Positions 1-4,649 of a stretch of DNA of 24,000 nucleotides are shown piece after piece. How positions within the stretch are numbered: position 1 is the stretch's first letter; each line of letters starts with the position of its first letter. The DNA comes from Sphingobacterium cavernae (GTDB taxonomy: Bacteria; Bacteroidota; Bacteroidia; Sphingobacteriales; Sphingobacteriaceae). The notes under the pieces are model-generated. The model was not told the origin of the DNA. It did no database searches and worked only from the letters and a program-made list of their open reading frames with translations. Location: positions 7,902 to 31,901 of the forward strand of contig NZ_VIQM01000026.1 in assembly GCF_008520265.1 (NCBI RefSeq), in the 5' to 3' direction. The translations under genes were made by a program, and so were the position numbers.

Positions 1-507
1 ACTGCTAAGATCGATTTTATATAAAACATCTTTCTCACGACTTTCGAATACAGTGTGTGTGATTACATTATCCGATCTTCCATTATATATTGGAACTTTT
101 TTATCAAAGAAATAATCCTCGCCTGCATTTTTCATCCAATTCGTGTAAGCACGAACACGGTAAACTCCTTCTGTAATGGTATCAGAAAGCGTAAAGTCTC
201 CGACTCCTATCCCCATCGGAGTAGAAATTGTCACACGTTGTACAATTTCGTTAGCAGGAGAAATTAACTCAGCGTACAAAATCCCACTCAAACTTGACAA
301 TAAATTAGCAGAACCAATAGTGGAATACGATTTGAAGAAAATATTTTCACCTGCGGAATAAACAGGTTTGTCAGTATGTAGGTAAACTTTTTCCTGCGCA
401 TTGCTAAGACTATGGTCTTGAAGCTTCTCTAAAAATTGTTGAATATCTTGACCCTGAGCGGACGAAAAAAGAAAAAGAAAAAATACTATAAAAAGCTTAC
501 AGTTCAT
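1..507 (-). CDS. Secreted protein, N-terminal 169 codons only (gene runs off the left edge); possibly an MG2/alpha-2-macroglobulin-like large surface protein
   Basis: Absent from the ORF track because there is no stop in the window. The reverse-strand ATG at 507-505 opens a frame that stays open to position 1: MNCKLFIVFFLFLFSSAQGQ (signal-peptide-like), then ...KVYLHTDKPVYSAGENIFFKSY...GVYRVRAYTNWM. The family guess comes from memory of the YxHTDKPxYxxGE pattern. Confidence 0.7.
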   Translation of the reverse strand, partial: MNCKLFIVFFLFLFSSAQGQDIQQFLEKLQDHSLSNAQEKVYLHTDKPVYSAGENIFFKSYSTIGSANLLSSLSGILYAELISPANEIVQRVTISTPMGIGVGDFTLSDTITEGVYRVRAYTNWMKNAGEDYFFDKKVPIYNGRSDNVITHTVFESREKDVLYKIDLSS

Positions 508-612
508 ATCTAGCTTATAATTAGAATTCTAAAGATATTTTATTTTTTCGAAAAATTAGGTTAAACAGAGTTTAAAATTTAAGATTATCCTGTGAGATTG
601 TATATTTGTAGT

Positions 613-1887
613 ATGAACATCTTAATCGTTGGATCGGGCGGTCGTGAATCTGCCTTTGCTTATAAAATAGCGCAAAGCCCTAAATTAACTAATCTTTATA
701 TTGCTCCTGGAAACGCAGGAACTGAACAATACGGAAAAAATGTAGACCTAAAAGTTACAGATTTTGAAGGCATTGCATCATTTGCTTTGCAAAACAATAT
801 TGAAATCATTCTTGTCGGCCCAGAAGAGCCTTTGGTTAAGGGTATTCATGACTATTTTTTAGGTAGAGAAGATATCAAACATATTGCTATTATAGGCCCT
901 CAACAATTGGGTGCACAGCTAGAAGGATCTAAAGATTTTTCTAAAGAATTTATGTTTAGACACAATATTCCTACCGCAGCCTACAAATCTTTCAATCAAT
1001 CAAATTTGGAAGAAGGTCTAGCATATTTAGAAACACAAAAACTTCCAATCGTACTTAAAGCTGATGGTTTAGCTGCTGGTAAAGGTGTTTTGATTTGCGA
1101 AACATTAGAGGATGCCAAAGCAGAATTGAAGGCAATGATTGCTGACGCAAAATTTGGTGCAGCAAGTAGTGTTGTTGTAATTGAAGAATTCTTGAAAGGT
1201 ATTGAATTATCAGTTTTCGTGCTTACTGACGGCGATTCATATAAAGTTCTTCCTTCAGCTAAAGATTACAAACGTATTGGCGAAGGTGACACAGGCTTAA
1301 ATACGGGTGGTATGGGCTCGATCTCCCCAGTTCCATTTGCAAATGAGGAATTCTTATCCAAAGTAGAAGAGCGTATCATCAAACCAACGGTTGAAGGTTT
1401 GAAAAAGGACAACATCCCATATAAAGGGTTTATTTTTATTGGTTTAATGAATATAGATGGCGAACCGTTTGTTATCGAATACAATGTGCGCATGGGTGAC
1501 CCAGAAACAGAATCCGTATTACCTCGTATTGAATCAGATTTAGTTGATCTCTTAGAAGGAGTTGCTACTGGCGATTTAGCAAATAGATCGTATACAGTGA
1601 GTCCAAAAACTGCTGTAACAGTTATGCTTGTATCTGGTGGCTATCCTGGAGATTACGAATCAGGTAAAGTGATTTCAAACATTGAAAATGTAAAAGAATC
1701 TATTGTTTTTCATGCTGGTACAAAAGAAGAAAATGGTGAAGTATTAACTGCTGGCGGTCGCGTAATCGCAGTTACTACGATGCAAGATGATTTATTTTCG
1801 GCTCTTCAACAAGCTACCGCAGATGCTGGACGCATATTTTTCCAAGGAAAATACTTCCGCACAGACATAGGGTTTGACTTGATTTAA
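613..1887 (+). CDS. purD: Phosphoribosylamine--glycine ligase (GAR synthetase)
   Basis: The ORF is 592-1887. I prefer the ATG at 613 because MNILIVGSGGRESAF is the canonical PurD N-terminus. ATP-grasp motifs are present (LKADGLAAGKGV, EYNVRMGDPE), and the C-terminus GGRV..VT is typical. Confidence 0.95.
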   Translation: MNILIVGSGGRESAFAYKIAQSPKLTNLYIAPGNAGTEQYGKNVDLKVTDFEGIASFALQNNIEIILVGPEEPLVKGIHDYFLGREDIKHIAIIGPQQLGAQLEGSKDFSKEFMFRHNIPTAAYKSFNQSNLEEGLAYLETQKLPIVLKADGLAAGKGVLICETLEDAKAELKAMIADAKFGAASSVVVIEEFLKGIELSVFVLTDGDSYKVLPSAKDYKRIGEGDTGLNTGGMGSISPVPFANEEFLSKVEERIIKPTVEGLKKDNIPYKGFIFIGLMNIDGEPFVIEYNVRMGDPETESVLPRIESDLVDLLEGVATGDLANRSYTVSPKTAVTVMLVSGGYPGDYESGKVISNIENVKESIVFHAGTKEENGEVLTAGGRVIAVTTMQDDLFSALQQATADAGRIFFQGKYFRTDIGFDLI

Positions 1888-1936
1888 AAATATTAATTTC
1901 AAAATCAGCAGCTTATGAAAAAGTAGCTGAAAATAT

Positions 1937-1967
1937 TTTGATGATGCATATTATGCCCTTATATTTG
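1937..1967 (+). promoter_or_regulatory. Candidate Bacteroidota-type promoter for tRNA-Glu (-33 TTTG and -7 TAnnTTTG)
   Basis: TTTG lies at 1937-1940 and TATATTTG at 1960-1967, with a 19-nt spacer. The tRNA starts at 1986. This matches the published Bacteroidetes sigma-A consensus (TTTG / TAnnTTTG). Confidence 0.5.
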
Positions 1968-1985
1968 CATCATCAAATCCGATAA

Positions 1986-2057
1986 GGCCCGTTCGTCTAG
2001 GGGTTAGGACGCCAGATTTTCATTCTGGAAACAGGGGTTCGATTCCCCTACGGGCTA
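1986..2057 (+). tRNA. tRNA-Glu, anticodon UUC
   Basis: Cloverleaf folded by hand. Acceptor stem is GGCCCGT/ACGGGCT (G1-U72 wobble plus 6 Watson-Crick pairs). D stem is GTCT/GGAC. Anticodon stem is CCAGA/TCTGG with loop TTTTCAT, giving anticodon TTC. T arm is AGGGG-TTCGATT-CCCCT. Discriminator is A and CCA is not encoded. Total length is 72 nt. Confidence 0.93.
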
Positions 2058-2058
2058 C
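2042..2058 (+). repeat. Left copy of a 17-bp direct repeat (attL-like), inside the tRNA-Glu 3' end
   Basis: ATTCCCCTACGGGCTAC at 2042-2058 is identical to 7877-7893. Confidence 0.85.
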
Positions 2059-2083
2059 AGATCTTCAGATCAAAACATACAAA

Positions 2084-2121
2084 AGCTTGCAAATCAAATG
2101 ATGGCAGGCTTTTTTTTTTTC
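2084..2121 (+). terminator. Hairpin plus T-run downstream of tRNA-Glu (islet-borne intrinsic terminator candidate)
   Basis: AGCTTGC (2084-2090) pairs with GCAGGCT (2104-2110), with one G-U pair and a 13-nt loop. An 11-T run follows at 2111-2121. Confidence 0.5.
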
Positions 2122-2129
2122 ATTATTTA

Positions 2130-2650
2130 CTATAACTTACTATCTTTAGGTCAGCAACAAAATCCTGTCGTGAATATAATCCATTGACTTTCAATCCTCG
2201 TTTTGCAAATTCATTAGAGGATTGAATTAAGAGATCCAATCGGTCATCAATAAAATAAAACTGGGTATTATCTGCTTTTTCTGATGGTAGTCAGTCAAAT
2301 ACTTGACATTGTAATATGCCAATGCTATTTTTCCCGCTCCCAGTGTATACCAGATAATGCCTTTCCTTCTACCTTCGTCTAGATTTGCAGTTATTGCCAT
2401 ATTAGCAAACACTTGCGGATAACGCAAATATGTTTTTAGTACTTTCCTCACGCACATAAGCTATATCATATCGTAGAATAAAACCTAAACCTTCTCTACT
2501 GAACAACGACGTAAATATCTTATGCGTAGGACTGTGAGGTTTCTTATTCATCTTGTTTTCTGGACTATGCTTTATAACTAACAGATTGTTATCCTTCAGC
2601 AAAAAGTTTTCCTGATCTTCTAAAGCTACATCAGGATTGTTCGTTGTATT
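2130..2650 (-). pseudogene. Decayed fragment of an SF2 helicase / restriction-enzyme R-subunit-like gene
   Basis: Three short reverse-strand reading frames join only through frameshifts and stops: ...LRYDIAYVREE / VLKTYLRYPQVFANMAITANLDEGRRKGIIWYTLGAGKIALAYY...FILLMTDWIS* / QSSNEFAKRGLKV... The patterns LRYPQ...G(I/L)IWxTxGxGK...(D)R..L resemble the motif Q / Walker A region of HsdR/Res-type helicases. The Walker A is degenerate (GAGKI) and the fragment covers only ~170 codons. Confidence 0.45.
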
Positions 2651-2795
2651 CTATCTAAAAATATAGATTCAAAGATATTACTATCCGATCATCTAATTTA
2701 CTCTCGTAAAGTAATATACGTATGCCCCAAACGCTTTAAATGTAATAGCGCTGGAATCTTTACACGTGAATTTTCGTTAAATGCCATTCTAAAAG

Positions 2796-3656
2796 TTAGA
2801 AGATTTGATTAAACAATATTTCTAGATCTGTTTTTACGGTGTCAAAAGTCGGTAATTTCTTAGGTGAAATCTGATGCCCGAGGCTAGTTTTCCAAGCTTT
2901 TTTCACAGTACTCTCACTCTTAGCATTAAGAAATTGTTCTACACCACAATATTCGAGTCCTTTAAATTCCATTTTTTTCAAAAAGGCCGTTTTTATTTCA
3001 GACCAATCAATATCTCCTCCGTATTTGGATAGACACCATATATCATAGTAATCCCGAGGAGCGGTGTAAGAACGTTGAATTAATGCACTCAGCTTTTCAG
3101 ACAATACCTCACGTATGTCATAACATGAGATAGCCGATACAGCAGAGGAAAGCTCGTCCGAATAATCATGATAGACTGGCTTGCCAATAGGTCTAAATAG
3201 CATTTGCTCATAGAGAATGATTTCTATTTTAATAGAAGTCGTCCACCTAGCAGGAGTAGGGGAAGCTTGGTCTTTAGCATGGTCCGCTCCCCAAAACTTT
3301 ACAATCGCCGCATATCCCGTCAACATATCTTTATGACGTAGCTCAGTTAACTTATCTAAATGAAGAGGCATCTCTGTCCTTTGCTGAACAGAAGTTATTA
3401 TTTCTTGCATCAACTGCTTAGCCAACTTAAACTCCGTATTTATAGAAGTAAAATCCAAGTCCTCTGAAAAACGGTAATCTGGGAAATAACACTTGCGCAA
3501 GCAAGTTCCTCCCTTAAAAATTAAAGAATCTCGACAAATCTTGTTTGAAAATATAGCATCTATAAAATGACCTAATACCCAATCTTTATCAATTGTACTT
3601 CTAGAAACGTCGTGTTCCAGCTCTTTTTTATCGACTTCCTTTTTCAGTATCATCAA
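2796..3656 (-). CDS. abiEii: AbiEii/AbiGii-family nucleotidyltransferase toxin (DUF1814 type)
   Basis: This is a 286-aa ORF. The hallmark motif FKGGTCLRKCYFPDYRFSEDLDFT (aa 47-70) matches the pol-beta-like NTase signature GG(T/S)xL...R.SxDLDF of AbiEii. Its start overlaps the upstream gene's stop (ATGATG/TGA at 3651-3656). Confidence 0.85.
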   Translation of the reverse strand: MMILKKEVDKKELEHDVSRSTIDKDWVLGHFIDAIFSNKICRDSLIFKGGTCLRKCYFPDYRFSEDLDFTSINTEFKLAKQLMQEIITSVQQRTEMPLHLDKLTELRHKDMLTGYAAIVKFWGADHAKDQASPTPARWTTSIKIEIILYEQMLFRPIGKPVYHDYSDELSSAVSAISCYDIREVLSEKLSALIQRSYTAPRDYYDIWCLSKYGGDIDWSEIKTAFLKKMEFKGLEYCGVEQFLNAKSESTVKKAWKTSLGHQISPKKLPTFDTVKTDLEILFNQIF

Positions 3657-4453
3657 TATTGTTTATTAGAGATATCTAACAATTCTCCACGACTGATATT
3701 CAATCGCAACCGCCATTCCGCGACAAACTCACCCTCTTCCAACCCCTGGGGATCAAACAAATTATATTTGTTATTTACTTGGCTTTTTGCATAGTCAATA
3801 AAAGTTTCTAAACCTTCTATACGGAGCAATTCAATTAGATATCCTAATCGCTTAGTGACAGCTATATTGTTCAACTGCTGACTATATTTAATTAATTTAT
3901 GAGCCTCCATTTCCGCTTGGCCAACCGCTCGGATCAACTCTGCGTATCCTCCCGAATATTGAGGCAGGTCAAAACAATCAACAATCGTTTTTTCCACATC
4001 AGTAATAGCATATTTAAGACTTCCATACCCATTGTAAGTAATACCTGCTTTTTTATACGAAGCAATTCTTACAAATTTATACGACGTGCCTAATATAGTT
4101 TTATCCAGTTTTTTGTGGGTTGTCTGAATAAAAACCGTATTCGAAAACTGTTCTGTCAATCCATGCAGATTCAATGCAGACCAGTACGCGACAGCACTGT
4201 TTTCCGTAACGAAGGTGCCTATCACGTATTCGTCCCTGAAATTTTGTCGACAAAACTTTCCTTTTTCTATCCGAGAGAGGAGTTCCTTATCAACCAGATT
4301 TTCCAATATCTCACTTAAGTTATCAAATGTTTGATCCAAAAGCTGTTCTATTTCAGTGAATTTAAAAATCTGTATTTCATAATCATCCAACAACTTTAAG
4401 AATTCAAGCTGTGGTTTAGTTAAGTGTTCCGATATATAAACGCTGTCTGCCAT
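3653..4453 (-). CDS. abiEi: AbiEi-family antitoxin / transcriptional regulator (COG5340-like)
   Basis: This 266-aa ORF lies immediately upstream of abiEii and is translationally coupled to it. AYWSALNLHGLTEQ resembles the conserved S-AL-LHGLT-Q block of AbiEi proteins. The size and operon position are canonical. Confidence 0.75.
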   Translation of the reverse strand: MADSVYISEHLTKPQLEFLKLLDDYEIQIFKFTEIEQLLDQTFDNLSEILENLVDKELLSRIEKGKFCRQNFRDEYVIGTFVTENSAVAYWSALNLHGLTEQFSNTVFIQTTHKKLDKTILGTSYKFVRIASYKKAGITYNGYGSLKYAITDVEKTIVDCFDLPQYSGGYAELIRAVGQAEMEAHKLIKYSQQLNNIAVTKRLGYLIELLRIEGLETFIDYAKSQVNNKYNLFDPQGLEEGEFVAEWRLRLNISRGELLDISNKQY

Positions 4454-4456
4454 ATT

Positions 4457-4511
4457 ACCAATTGAGGAACGATAAGACCCAATTATTAGGTCTTATCGTT
4501 CCGCGATTGGT
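4457..4511. promoter_or_regulatory. Extended inverted repeat abutting the abiEi start codon (candidate AbiEi operator / 5'-UTR hairpin)
   Basis: GGAACGATAAGACC (4466-4479) and GGTCTTATCGTTCC (4489-4502) form a perfect 14-bp inverted repeat around a 9-nt spacer. A second 6-bp pair, ACCAAT (4457-4462) / ATTGGT (4506-4511), flanks it. The repeat lies 4 nt from the abiEi ATG (4453), within the 196-bp divergent intergenic region. Confidence 0.5.
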
Positions 4512-4649
4512 AAAGATATGAAACGAAATAGATAAAAAACAAGCAAAGAATTGATATCCTAAATCAAATTGGAACATCATTAATTTCTACAAAAGTTAAT
4601 AACAATGGCACTCAATTTTATATCTTAACCCAGAATTGCATAATGCGTA

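Noticed and set aside
55-361. Plus-strand ORFs 55-267 and 176-361 from the track
   Set aside because: They lie antisense to or overlapping the much better supported reverse-strand secreted-protein gene (1-507). Their composition is odd and they have no motifs.
592-612. GTG at 592 as the purD start, and TATATTTG at 601-608 as a -7 promoter box
   Set aside because: ATG 613 gives the canonical MNILIVGSGGRE N-terminus. The TAnnTTTG match has no TTTG at the expected -33 distance and would imply a leaderless mRNA, so it is too weak to call.
508-612. Possible purine/ZTP-type riboswitch upstream of purD
   Set aside because: The leader is extremely AT-rich. I could find no conserved stems or pseudoknot-like GC segments.
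1266-1493. Short antisense or alternate-frame ORFs inside larger genes. Track entries: 1266-1493, 3612-3794, 3899-4093, 4115-4318, 4596-4829, 6920-7120, 8399-8605, 10525-10827, 11499-11714, 13157-13414, 16108-16299, 16591-16827, 18067-18298, 20140-20358, 21266-21538, 22139-22453, 22706-23095 and 22922-23230
   Set aside because: All are shadow ORFs embedded in confidently assigned genes. They have low-complexity or unusual composition and no recognisable motifs.
1986-2057. G1-U72 wobble at the top of the tRNA-Glu acceptor stem as a possible integration scar
   Set aside because: The displaced right repeat carries the same T, so the wobble predates the insertion. It is likely a normal feature of this tRNA.
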